12,163 nucleotides of DNA from Fibrobacterales bacterium (lineage in GTDB: Bacteria; Fibrobacterota; Fibrobacteria; Fibrobacterales; JAOPTW01), in contig JAOPTX010000105.1 in assembly GCA_051532055.1 (NCBI GenBank), forward strand, positions 2,343-14,505, written 5' to 3'. Under the pieces are notes generated by a model. The model ran no database searches, was not told the DNA's origin, and saw only the letters and a list, made by a program, of their open reading frames with translations. Positions 1-7,420 of the stretch are shown piece after piece. The position numbers were made by a program, and so were the translations under genes. Every line of letters starts with the position of its first letter. Within the stretch, counting starts at the first letter, position 1.

Positions 1-240
1 TCGGTCGCAATTTCATCAGCACCGACCGCTCCTGTTGCGATTTCGTCAGCTGTTACCGCATCGGTCGCAATTTCATCAGCACCGACCGCTCCTGTTGCGA
101 TTTCGTCAGCCGTTACCGCATCATTGACAATTTTATCTGAATCAATTGTGTTGTCTGCGATTTTATCAGCAGTTACTGCATTATCGGCAATTTTATCTTG
201 TGTCACTGAATTTGTATCAAGGTTTTCTGTTTTAATAGCA
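1..240 (-). repeat. Intragenic tandem repeat: eight 30-bp units, with the distal four forming two near-identical 60-bp units
   Basis: Positions 1-60 and 61-120 match at 59/60 bases. The single difference (51 vs 111) is synonymous, ACA/ACG Thr. Positions 121-240 hold four more degenerate 30-bp units in the same register. Confidence 0.95.
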
Positions 241-806
241 CCAGGCTCTGAGGTGAGATCGCCCCCACCGCCACCTGTCCCAGTATAGGAGAATATTATT
301 TCATTACCTTCTTTGGTGATACTGATGTCGGTACCTTCTCTAAGAGTTATATCATCAGTCAAACCATTTACACTTTTTACAAGGAGATTATTCTCAATAG
401 CTACTCCTTCTAATATTTTTCCTGACACTGTATTTGCCGTGAGTGCATATGGAGAAGCTGTTAGTTTAATTTTAAATTCTGTCATTCCATCATAAACAAT
501 GCCTAGCCAATACTGTTTATTAAAAGGCACAGTGGAAGCGAAGGGAACAACAGAACCGAGATCACAATTGAAGACTCCATTAGACACTGAAACATCTACA
601 TGTTCTTCCTGCCAAATAGGTATTGCTATCATCTCGTTTTCATACAATGAAAACTTAATGTTCACCGTATTTGATTTACCTGCCTCTTCACCAGTGAGTG
701 TTCCCGAATAATTTATAATTAATGGAAACCCAGTTTGTGAAAATACCACAGTTACTGTGAGAACTACCAACCCCAAACATAGCCTTAGGCTTTGCAACCA
801 CCGCAT
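1..806 (-). CDS. Secreted repeat-rich fibre/adhesin-like protein, 3' end beyond the window (at least 268 aa)
   Basis: Not in the ORF track because no stop is present. ATG at 806-804 follows AAGGAG (812-817, minus strand) and the frame is open to the edge. Manual translation gives a signal peptide MRWLQSLRLCLGLVVLTVTVVFS-Q, then INYSGTL..IKFSLY..IWQEEH..VSNGVFNCDLG..YWLGI..LTASPYALTA, then VKSVNGLTDDITL, a Gly linker (GTGGGGG), then 10-aa repeats (AVTADKIADN, AVTADEIATG, AVGADEIATD). Confidence 0.88.
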   Translation of the reverse strand, partial: MRWLQSLRLCLGLVVLTVTVVFSQTGFPLIINYSGTLTGEEAGKSNTVNIKFSLYENEMIAIPIWQEEHVDVSVSNGVFNCDLGSVVPFASTVPFNKQYWLGIVYDGMTEFKIKLTASPYALTANTVSGKILEGVAIENNLLVKSVNGLTDDITLREGTDISITKEGNEIIFSYTGTGGGGGDLTSEPGAIKTENLDTNSVTQDKIADNAVTADKIADNTIDSDKIVNDAVTADEIATGAVGADEIATDAVTADEIATGAVGADEIAT

Positions 807-865
807 ATGATTCTCCTTGTATATACCCCAGGAGCAAATACTCCTCTCTATAATATACCGTAAAT

Positions 866-880
866 TTTACATAAGTTTAC
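866..880 (-). promoter_or_regulatory. Possible direct-repeat operator GTAAA-N5-GTAAA upstream of the fibre gene
   Basis: The + strand reads TTTAC-ATAAG-TTTAC, with further ATTAC (885-889) and TTTAC (894-898). The 10-bp direct-repeat spacing fits OmpR/PhoB-family sites, but the AT-rich context makes chance plausible. Confidence 0.25.
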
Positions 881-1120
881 AAATATTACCATTTTTACTC
901 TGGAAATGTTAGCTCTATCACATTCATAATGCATCTTGTATTTATAATGTTTCACTGATACTACATATGGGGTTTAATTGTTTGGGGAAATTGGACTATT
1001 AAGTTTTTCTATAATTTATCGCTTATTCTGAATGATATTTTTTATTATATCAACTATAGATATGGTCAGATAAACTGTGATACTATATAATAGAATGTTG
1101 CTTTTACTACAGGGTGTGTT

Positions 1121-1969
1121 ATGTTAAAGGTTTTTCAAGTGTTGTTATTATTAGCCGTTTTTGTATTCTCGGATAATGGGATATATGAGAAAAGGGAGAT
1201 TAAACCCTATTTCTCTTTTACTACAAGCCCTTTCGGTAGCACTGACCTTAATGATTTAAACAATGCTGTTTTTACTACATATTCTGTTGTAGGGTATGAT
1301 TCTGCTGATCAATTTGATACGACATATAGTGATTTTTCAGCACTTGATTATGATACCTATGATGAAAAAATCAACTGGATGTTTCCCATTATTACTTTTG
1401 AGGCTGGAGTCCAATATAAGAGACTGTTAACTGGAGTGTTATTTAATTACACCTTTACTCAGGAAAATAAAGCCCCCTATGCAATATCTAAACAAGTAGA
1501 AATACCACTATATAATACCAAGTTTTATACTTATTCTATGGGTTTCAATGTTGGGTGGTTAATTTTTGATTCTAAGAGTGCCTTTAATATTGTTCCTATG
1601 ACTTCCTTTGGTTTTACTTCTGTTAATGCAACATTCCCAGGACCATTTGAGTATTACAGTAAAGATTCTGAAGATCCAAATCTACAGCCCTATGCTCTTA
1701 AGCAAAAATATTACACTAGTTTCGGTAAGTTTCTTCAATTAGATTTGGATTTACGAATTAACCTTAATCAATTTAGTATTAGTGCTGTAGGGGGCTATAA
1801 AATTGTTCGATACGATGAATTCAGACTTTATAGTTCAGGATCAGAAAGTGATGGTGGAGAGTCATGGTATACAGGTAAGCCAGATTCCAAAATGGATAGT
1901 TGGATGGTGGGTTTTAAGTTAACGTATACTTTATTATCGGAAAACGAAAAAGAGCTACTCATTGAGTAA
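1121..1969 (+). CDS. Putative outer-membrane beta-barrel protein (about 8 strands), function unknown
   Basis: Signal peptide MLKVFQVLLLLAVFVFS-D. Eight amphipathic, aromatic-rich strand-like segments: YFSFTT, ITFEAGVQY, LLTGVLFNYT, YTYSMGFNVGWL, FNIVPMTSFGFT, FLQLDLDLRINL, FSISAVGGYKIVRY, WMVGFKLTYTL. Confidence 0.7.
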   Translation: MLKVFQVLLLLAVFVFSDNGIYEKREIKPYFSFTTSPFGSTDLNDLNNAVFTTYSVVGYDSADQFDTTYSDFSALDYDTYDEKINWMFPIITFEAGVQYKRLLTGVLFNYTFTQENKAPYAISKQVEIPLYNTKFYTYSMGFNVGWLIFDSKSAFNIVPMTSFGFTSVNATFPGPFEYYSKDSEDPNLQPYALKQKYYTSFGKFLQLDLDLRINLNQFSISAVGGYKIVRYDEFRLYSSGSESDGGESWYTGKPDSKMDSWMVGFKLTYTLLSENEKELLIE

Positions 1970-1977
1970 CTCTTTTT
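1947..1977. terminator. Probable bidirectional intrinsic terminator between convergent genes
   Basis: AAAAAGAGCTACTC-ATT-GAGTAACTCTTTTT has 14-bp arms including the A/T tracts. Its one mismatch is a G-U pair in the minus-strand RNA. It overlaps the stop codon of 1121..1969 and lies 45 nt downstream of the lipoprotein stop. Confidence 0.75.
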
Positions 1978-2022
1978 AACTTTCAGAAGCCTTATTATGT
2001 AAAGCTCTGTATGTCTTCTAAC

Positions 2023-2286
2023 TTACTGAGCAGCAGGTGCTTCAGGAGCTGGAGTTGCAGCTTCAGGTGCAGCAGCAGTTTCTTGCGCAGCAGCTTCAGC
2101 AGGAGCAGTAGCTTCTTCAGCTACAGGAGCAGCAGCAGGAGCAGCAGCTTCTTCAACAGCAGGTGCTTCTTCAGCAACAGGAGCTGCAGTTTCTTGAGCA
2201 GGTGCTTCTTCTGTTTTTGCTTCAGATGTGCTTGCACAACCGATCAAAGAAACAGCTACAATAGACATCATAACTAATAATTTCAT
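2023..2286 (-). CDS. Small Ala/Glu/Pro-rich, probably disordered lipoprotein
   Basis: AAAAAAGGAA precedes the ATG. The signal peptide has a lipobox LIG-C (Cys17). The mature part is low complexity with EEAPA and AQETAA repeats. Confidence 0.85.
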   Translation of the reverse strand: MKLLVMMSIVAVSLIGCASTSEAKTEEAPAQETAAPVAEEAPAVEEAAAPAAAPVAEEATAPAEAAAQETAAAPEAATPAPEAPAAQ

Positions 2287-2315
2287 GTTAATTCCTTTTT
2301 TAATAGTGGGGCTTC

Positions 2316-2340
2316 GTGCAATGTAACTAATTTATTGCAC
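2316..2340. promoter_or_regulatory. Inverted repeat GTGCAAT-N11-ATTGCAC, possible operator
   Basis: Perfect 7-bp arms about 30 nt upstream of the lipoprotein start, in the mnmE-lipoprotein intergenic region. Confidence 0.3.
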
Positions 2341-2422
2341 TTTCTGTATAGAAATTAGCAAAATATTATGCAATTTCACTAGCAATATTCCATTAAATTA
2401 AAAGGGAGAACTCAATTTAAAT

Positions 2423-3742
2423 TTATTTCCCAATACAAAAGGATGAAAAAATTGAATTGAGGATATCATCACTTGAAATGAGCCCTGTTATACTCTCCAT
2501 TGCAGAGCGGGCTTCTTTAAGTTCAAATGCAAGAAGTTCTGGTGAAGGATCAAACGATAATTGTTCTACTGTTTTTTTTATAGCAGATTCTGCATTATGT
2601 AATGAGTGTAGTTGGCGTTCACTAGCCATCCACACATCTCCATCTTGAGTATCTTTTTCAAAAAGAAGCTCAGATAATTGGTGTTTTAATGCTTTAATTC
2701 CATCAAGATTAGTTGAGGAAACGTGAATACATTGATTGGGACTATTAAAGCTTTTGAGATCGCTTTTAGTGGAAACTATTATTGATGCATCACTATTAGT
2801 TTTAATTTCATTTTCCCAGTTCAGGGTACAGCCGTCCATTATAAACACTTTATGCTGACTTTTATTGATTAGCGAGAGAGTTCGCTTTTGAGATTCAGCA
2901 TCAAGTTCATCTATTGCAACCCCAAGACCAGCTGTATCTATAAGAGTGACTTCACCTTCAGGTAAAAAGAGCTGGGTCTCGATGTAGTCTCTAGTTGTTC
3001 CTGGTTTACTTGAAACTAATAATCTATTCTCTTCAAGAAGTGCATTAATAAGTGAAGATTTCCCTGCATTTGGTTTTCCGTAAAAAACAACAGTTGGTTT
3101 TTGAAATGCTGAAATACTTTTTTCGTAACCCGCCTTTAGGTCTGAGATGACTTGTAAAATACGTGATAAATCGAGCTGCCATGTATCAATATCTGGATCA
3201 GCCTCTTCTTCTGCAAAATCAACATCAAGTTCCATTTTAGCTGATAAATGAATTACTGATTCAACGAGAGTGTGAATTTTCGATGATAGTTTTCCATTGA
3301 GAATTTTTTGAGAGTTTTCAAGCTGTAAGGCACTTTTGGAGTGTATTAAACTCCCAATAGATTCTGCTTGAATTAAATCTATTTTTCCATTTTCAAATGC
3401 TCTACGAGTAAACTCTCCCGGTTCAGCAAGTCTGATTCCGTCGAGTGATGTAATTGTTGATAATATTGATTTAACAATGAGCATATTTCCATGGGGGAAG
3501 AGTTCGAGAGTATCCTCTCCAGTAAATGTCTCTGGGCCTCCGAAATATGAGTACATTAGAGAATCTATAACTTTGCCAGACTCATCATTAAATGATGCAT
3601 AGACCATTTCTCTTTTTTGGGGTAGTATTTTGTTGATACATTTGAAAATGACTTCCTTAACCGCTGGTCCTGAAACTCTTACTATTGCAAGTGCAGAGGT
3701 CCCAGGAGGGGTAGAGAGGGCAACGATAGTATCTGTTATCAT
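2423..3742 (-). CDS. mnmE: tRNA modification GTPase MnmE (TrmE)
   Basis: N-terminal DTIVALSTPPG..IVRVSG, FTGED, AEPGEFTRRAFENGKIDL. G1 GKPNAGKSS, G2 GTTRD, G3 DTAG, G4 TKSD, C-terminal FCIGK. Lies directly downstream of yidC. Confidence 0.97.
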   Translation of the reverse strand: MITDTIVALSTPPGTSALAIVRVSGPAVKEVIFKCINKILPQKREMVYASFNDESGKVIDSLMYSYFGGPETFTGEDTLELFPHGNMLIVKSILSTITSLDGIRLAEPGEFTRRAFENGKIDLIQAESIGSLIHSKSALQLENSQKILNGKLSSKIHTLVESVIHLSAKMELDVDFAEEEADPDIDTWQLDLSRILQVISDLKAGYEKSISAFQKPTVVFYGKPNAGKSSLINALLEENRLLVSSKPGTTRDYIETQLFLPEGEVTLIDTAGLGVAIDELDAESQKRTLSLINKSQHKVFIMDGCTLNWENEIKTNSDASIIVSTKSDLKSFNSPNQCIHVSSTNLDGIKALKHQLSELLFEKDTQDGDVWMASERQLHSLHNAESAIKKTVEQLSFDPSPELLAFELKEARSAMESITGLISSDDILNSIFSSFCIGK

Positions 3743-5433
3743 GCAGCTTTTTTACTAATAACCCAGTGTTGTGTAATACTATATAAGTTTTGAACAATCC
3801 AATATACTACAAGTCCTGAAGGCATTTGGTTTGAAAAGAAAAACATCATTGCGGGCATTAAATAAATCATTGCTGCTTGATTAGGATCAGTCATGGTCTG
3901 TTTTGCTTGGATGTAACTAGAAGCAGCCATAATGAAAGGAAGAATTCCTATACCATGAGGTAAAAGAAGTGGAATTTCAATTCCAGCATAAATAACGTCG
4001 GGCAGTGAGAGGTCTTGTATCCAACCAGCAAATGGCGCGTAACGAAGCTCAACTGCTCTACCTAAAATAACAAAGAGCGATATAAAAATTGGCATTTGCA
4101 TAACCATTGGAAGGCATCCACCCATTTGTGCTAATGGATTAATTCCTTTTTCACGATAGTACGCCATAGTTTTTTCTTGAACTTTTTTCGGGTCACTTTT
4201 GTATTTAGCTCTAATAGCATCAATGGCTGGCTTATGCTCTTTCATTTTAGTCATTGATTTTGTTTGTTTAATACCAAAAGGAAGGGTAGCTGTTTTTACA
4301 ACAATGGTTAGTAAAATAATTGCTATGCCGTAGTTTGGGATAATGCCATAGAAGAAGTTAAGAAGCCAAAGAATAAATCCACAAAGTGCTGGAAACCAAA
4401 CATTTGCAAAGAAAAACCAGCTGTATCCAATAACAATAATTTCTTCATATCCCTGGTCGTAGGATTGTAGATTTGAATATTTTAGCGGTAGTACTTCGAG
4501 TCTAAATGAAAGAGAGTTTTTAGTCAGGTTTTCTGAAATATCCATTGTATAAGTGGGACGTTCTTCATGTTTAGTATCTTCTTTACTATAAAGAGGGGTA
4601 ACATCAACTTGTGCATCTGCAACTCTGTCAAAATTAATAACAACAGCGATATATTTTCTTCTGAGGCCAATCCACTTGAGTGTTCCGCTTTCATCATTTA
4701 TAGTCTCTTTTTCACTAAACTCTTCACGGGTAATATCATCACCCTCTTTATATATAAGTTCACTAAATGCATAGCTATCATCTGTCGCTTTTGTTATCCC
4801 TCTAATATTAGTTATTCGTTCCGTCTCGCGAAGTCCTGCACCCCAATTAAGGGTATAACCTCGAGGAGTATAACCGTCAATTGTAATATCATGAGCAATA
4901 TCAGTTCCTGATTTACTAAAAGTATATGTTCTAGTTACAGAATAACCTTTACTATTTTTCCAGGAATAGGTAAGGGCTGTTTTTGAATCTACAGTGATAG
5001 TTGATGGTAGTGTAGAGTCGAGAGTAAAGAATTCATTAGAAAAGTTGATATCTTCTAATGAGAATCCAAGAGCAGTGCCATTTTCTTTTTCAAAAAGCTC
5101 AGGATTGATACCTTCTCTATTTTTGAGGTCTTTCAGAATAATCGAAGTTATTACCGCACCTTTATTAGATAGGGTAATAATAAATTTTTCAGTTTCAACG
5201 ATAGTTTTCTGTTCGTTACTTACAGAAGCTTTAATTAGCTGACCGTTTTCACCAAGTGAATTTTGGGAAAGAGCATTGGAATTAACTGTTGTTGTATTAT
5301 CATTGGACTGAGTAATCTCATTTTTTTGAGGTACTGGAGTATTCTTTTCTTTTATAGGTGGCTCTTGAAAAAAGCTCATCCATAAAATCATGACGCCAAG
5401 AAGTACAAATCCTAATATATTACTCTTTTTCAT
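3739..5433 (-). CDS. yidC: Membrane protein insertase YidC (564 aa from the ATG at 5433)
   Basis: N-terminal TM anchor, large periplasmic domain, [63 protein letters not shown] moved the start from the track's 5478 to the ATG at 5433 (MKKSNILGF), which overlaps the yidD end by 14 nt. Confidence 0.96.
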   Translation of the reverse strand: MKKSNILGFVLLGVMILWMSFFQEPPIKEKNTPVPQKNEITQSNDNTTTVNSNALSQNSLGENGQLIKASVSNEQKTIVETEKFIITLSNKGAVITSIILKDLKNREGINPELFEKENGTALGFSLEDINFSNEFFTLDSTLPSTITVDSKTALTYSWKNSKGYSVTRTYTFSKSGTDIAHDITIDGYTPRGYTLNWGAGLRETERITNIRGITKATDDSYAFSELIYKEGDDITREEFSEKETINDESGTLKWIGLRRKYIAVVINFDRVADAQVDVTPLYSKEDTKHEERPTYTMDISENLTKNSLSFRLEVLPLKYSNLQSYDQGYEEIIVIGYSWFFFANVWFPALCGFILWLLNFFYGIIPNYGIAIILLTIVVKTATLPFGIKQTKSMTKMKEHKPAIDAIRAKYKSDPKKVQEKTMAYYREKGINPLAQMGGCLPMVMQMPIFISLFVILGRAVELRYAPFAGWIQDLSLPDVIYAGIEIPLLLPHGIGILPFIMAASSYIQAKQTMTDPNQAAMIYLMPAMMFFFSNQMPSGLVVYWIVQNLYSITQHWVISKKAA

Positions 5434-5665
5434 AATGTTTCTTTTCTTTTTGTTTCGATGGAACAGGATCAAAGCCACCCTTGGTAAATGGATGACAGCG
5501 AATAATTCTGAACAAAGTTAGTTTTATTCCCTTAAAAAAACCATGTGTTTTAAAGGCTTCTATTGAATAGTGAGAACATGAAGGTTCAAAACGACATCGA
5601 GGCCCAAGAAGGGGGGATAAGGTATATTGATATATTTTGACTATATATATAGCGATAAATTTCAT
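5420..5665 (-). CDS. yidD: Membrane protein insertion efficiency factor YidD
   Basis: [32 protein letters not shown] signature with three Cys, located between rnpA and yidC. Confidence 0.97.
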   Translation of the reverse strand: MKFIAIYIVKIYQYTLSPLLGPRCRFEPSCSHYSIEAFKTHGFFKGIKLTLFRIIRCHPFTKGGFDPVPSKQKEKKHYEKE

Positions 5666-6012
5666 TTGTTTAAAATTGTACTCTTTTCTAATGATTTTAA
5701 AACCGCACTTCTGATCTCATCATTTGTGAGAGAACCTGCCGAATTATTTATATTAAAGAGTAACCAATAGTTTTGATTAAATGAGCGAGAGTGGGCAAAG
5801 AGTGTTTCGCGAATAATTCGTCGTATTCTGTTGCGAACAACGGCATTCCCCACTTTCTTTCTGATAACAAATGCCATTCGATATTGGTCATCTGGACTTT
5901 TTATAAAACGTAAAACAAGACTTTTAGTAAAAACCTTGTTTCCTGTTTCGAAAATTTTTCCAAACATCGACTTATTATAAAGCCTATGTTCTTTGAGAGA
6001 GAACGAACTCAA
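5662..6012 (-). CDS. rnpA: Ribonuclease P protein component
   Basis: RNR motif [17 protein letters not shown] start, immediately downstream of rpmH. Confidence 0.95.
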   Translation of the reverse strand: MSSFSLKEHRLYNKSMFGKIFETGNKVFTKSLVLRFIKSPDDQYRMAFVIRKKVGNAVVRNRIRRIIRETLFAHSRSFNQNYWLLFNINNSAGSLTNDEIRSAVLKSLEKSTILNK

Positions 6013-6027
6013 AAGTTAACGGGGATC

Positions 6028-6183
6028 CTATTTAGTAGGAATCTCAGAACTTACAGTTAAGCGCGTGCGACCTTTAGCTCTTCTTCTAGAAAGAACTGCA
6101 CGACCTTGTTTTGTCTCCATACGAGCACGAAAACCGTGTTTGTTTCTTTTTTTAGTGTTGCTTGGTTGAAACGTTCTTTTCAT
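6028..6183 (-). CDS. rpmH: 50S ribosomal protein L34 (51 aa)
   Basis: Too short for the ORF track. Manual translation: [58 protein letters not shown] lies upstream of the ATG. Confidence 0.98.
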   Translation of the reverse strand: MKRTFQPSNTKKRNKHGFRARMETKQGRAVLSRRRAKGRTRLTVSSEIPTK

Positions 6184-6283
6184 GATAAATACCTTTTTTT
6201 AATCAGAGGCAAATATAGTTGAAATCTTCAATGTTTTCAAGGATAAAATTTGTAATTTTATTTTCGTTACTCTTTTAAAATCA

Positions 6284-7099
6284 ATGGTTTCTAAAACTTC
6301 AGTCATAAAAAGTGTTGTGAAAAAACTACTCGCTATTGTTTTTCTTATTTGTTTTGCTGTTTGCACTACTTTGTTGCTTGTTTTTTTTGGGTGGAAGAAA
6401 CAAATTATACATGCTAACTATCGATTTTGTGGGTTCGGGGTTATGTCTTTTAATAACAGAGTTTTGTTTTATTATAATTTATCTTTAGATTTTTGGGTTT
6501 TTGTTTTGGGGTATTTTCCTGGTTTTGTTGAGTTGTCTGATTCTACTAAATTGTGTTTGATGGATATGAAAGATGGTGGTGTGTTGTTGAGTCATCATTT
6601 TTCAAATTATGAGTTTTTGGCTGAATACATTGCGCGTAATGTTCCTGATATGTATGGAGCCCATGAACCATTGAGGGGGAGGTGCTCTAATCGACTTCTA
6701 CTTTGGTTACGTTCTAGGGAGAAGGTGTATGTCAAAAAGTTTCAAACGAGGCCTTGGGATATTTTTCATCTTATCAATCAAGGTGGTGTTTTTGGGTATA
6801 TGTTTGATCAGGATGATAAAAATAATTCAATGATTGGTTCTTTTTTTAATCGGAAATGTTCTTATGCTAAGGCTCCATTTGTCGTCATTAAGAGAACGGG
6901 TGCTCCTGTTTTTCTGTCTTCAATTTCTCGAAATGGTTTAAAAAGCTATACTATAGATGTAGTTAGGTTTGATCGGTTTGATTTGAGTTTGGTGCAGGGG
7001 TATTTTGAAAGAGTAATCGAGGAGTGTCCGGCTCAATGGTATGGTTGGAGTCATAGAAGGTTTAAGAGCGTGTCACCTGAAATATATGAATCAAAATGA
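6284..7099 (+). CDS. LpxL/HtrB-like lipid A (lysophospholipid) acyltransferase family protein, divergent
   Basis: N-terminal hydrophobic helix, H-x4-E motif (HFSNYE), GYMFDQD, FF motif, TGAPVF, and C-terminal PAQWYGWSHRRFK typical of the family. Confidence 0.8.
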   Translation: MVSKTSVIKSVVKKLLAIVFLICFAVCTTLLLVFFGWKKQIIHANYRFCGFGVMSFNNRVLFYYNLSLDFWVFVLGYFPGFVELSDSTKLCLMDMKDGGVLLSHHFSNYEFLAEYIARNVPDMYGAHEPLRGRCSNRLLLWLRSREKVYVKKFQTRPWDIFHLINQGGVFGYMFDQDDKNNSMIGSFFNRKCSYAKAPFVVIKRTGAPVFLSSISRNGLKSYTIDVVRFDRFDLSLVQGYFERVIEECPAQWYGWSHRRFKSVSPEIYESK

Positions 7100-7202
7100 T
7101 GTTTAAAGTGCTTGCGGGTTTTGACTTGTGTTTGGGTGTTAGTAAATGTCAATATGTTGTGTTGTCAACACTGTTCACATAATGATCACATATTTGCTTT
7201 AG

Positions 7203-7218
7203 TGTTTCACGTGAAACA
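7203..7218. promoter_or_regulatory. parS: parS centromere site 1
   Basis: Exact 16-bp palindrome TGTTTCACGTGAAACA, the canonical chromosomal ParB/Spo0J site. Confidence 0.96.
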
Positions 7219-7335
7219 TTCGTGTTTTTAGTCTTTGAGATGGGATTTATCTGTTTATTATTGGGCTGTTTAAAATTTATTAACAATAGATGACGGTTGT
7301 TGATAGGTGTTTATAGAGATTGTTTTATGTTGATA

Positions 7336-7351
7336 TGTTTCACGTGAAACA
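7336..7351. promoter_or_regulatory. parS: parS centromere site 2
   Basis: Exact TGTTTCACGTGAAACA. The palindrome extends to 22 bp (7333-7354). Confidence 0.96.
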
Positions 7352-7399
7352 TATTGGGTTGAAAATGGTGGGGAGTGAGGGTTTTTAAATGTATTATAG

Positions 7400-7415
7400 T
7401 GTTTCACGTGAAACA
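7400..7415. promoter_or_regulatory. parS: parS centromere site 3
   Basis: Exact TGTTTCACGTGAAACA, abutting the rsmG translation start region. Confidence 0.96.
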
Positions 7416-7420
7416 GTGGA

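Noticed and set aside
1..240. Tandem repeats as a CRISPR array or a diversity-generating retroelement TR/VR pair
   Set aside because: The units are contiguous with no spacers, are in-frame multiples of 3 inside a CDS, and differ synonymously. No cas or reverse transcriptase gene is in the window.
313..711. Track ORFs 313..495 and 499..711 (+)
   Set aside because: Both are antisense shadows of the minus-strand fibre gene, which has an RBS, signal peptide and coherent domains.
1..1969. Prophage remnant, or the barrel as the fibre's secretion channel
   Set aside because: The fibre has a Sec signal and no phage neighbours in the window. A barrel of about 8 strands is too narrow to be a protein translocator and shows no POTRA or autotransporter features.
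2011..2277. Ser/Arg/Phe-rich ORF (+)
   Set aside because: Antisense reading of the low-complexity lipoprotein gene.
2341..2400. Sigma-54 promoter upstream of the lipoprotein (TTGCA/TTGCT motifs)
   Set aside because: No GG-N10-GC spacing is present on the minus strand.
2457..5242. Track ORFs 2457..2648, 4567..4911 and 4994..5242 (+)
   Set aside because: Antisense to mnmE or yidC, with no recognisable motifs.
5434..5478. N-terminal extension of YidC in the track ([15 protein letters not shown])
   Set aside because: It lies inside yidD. The ATG at 5433 gives a normal YidC N-terminus.
5803..5818. parS-like half site in rnpA (TGTTTCGCG...)
   Set aside because: Only 10/16 matches and not palindromic. 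It is explained by the IRET codons.
7203..7415. Three identical palindromes as a mini-CRISPR or REP cluster
   Set aside because: They are 16 bp, irregularly spaced (133 and 64 bp), match parS exactly and sit next to parAB.
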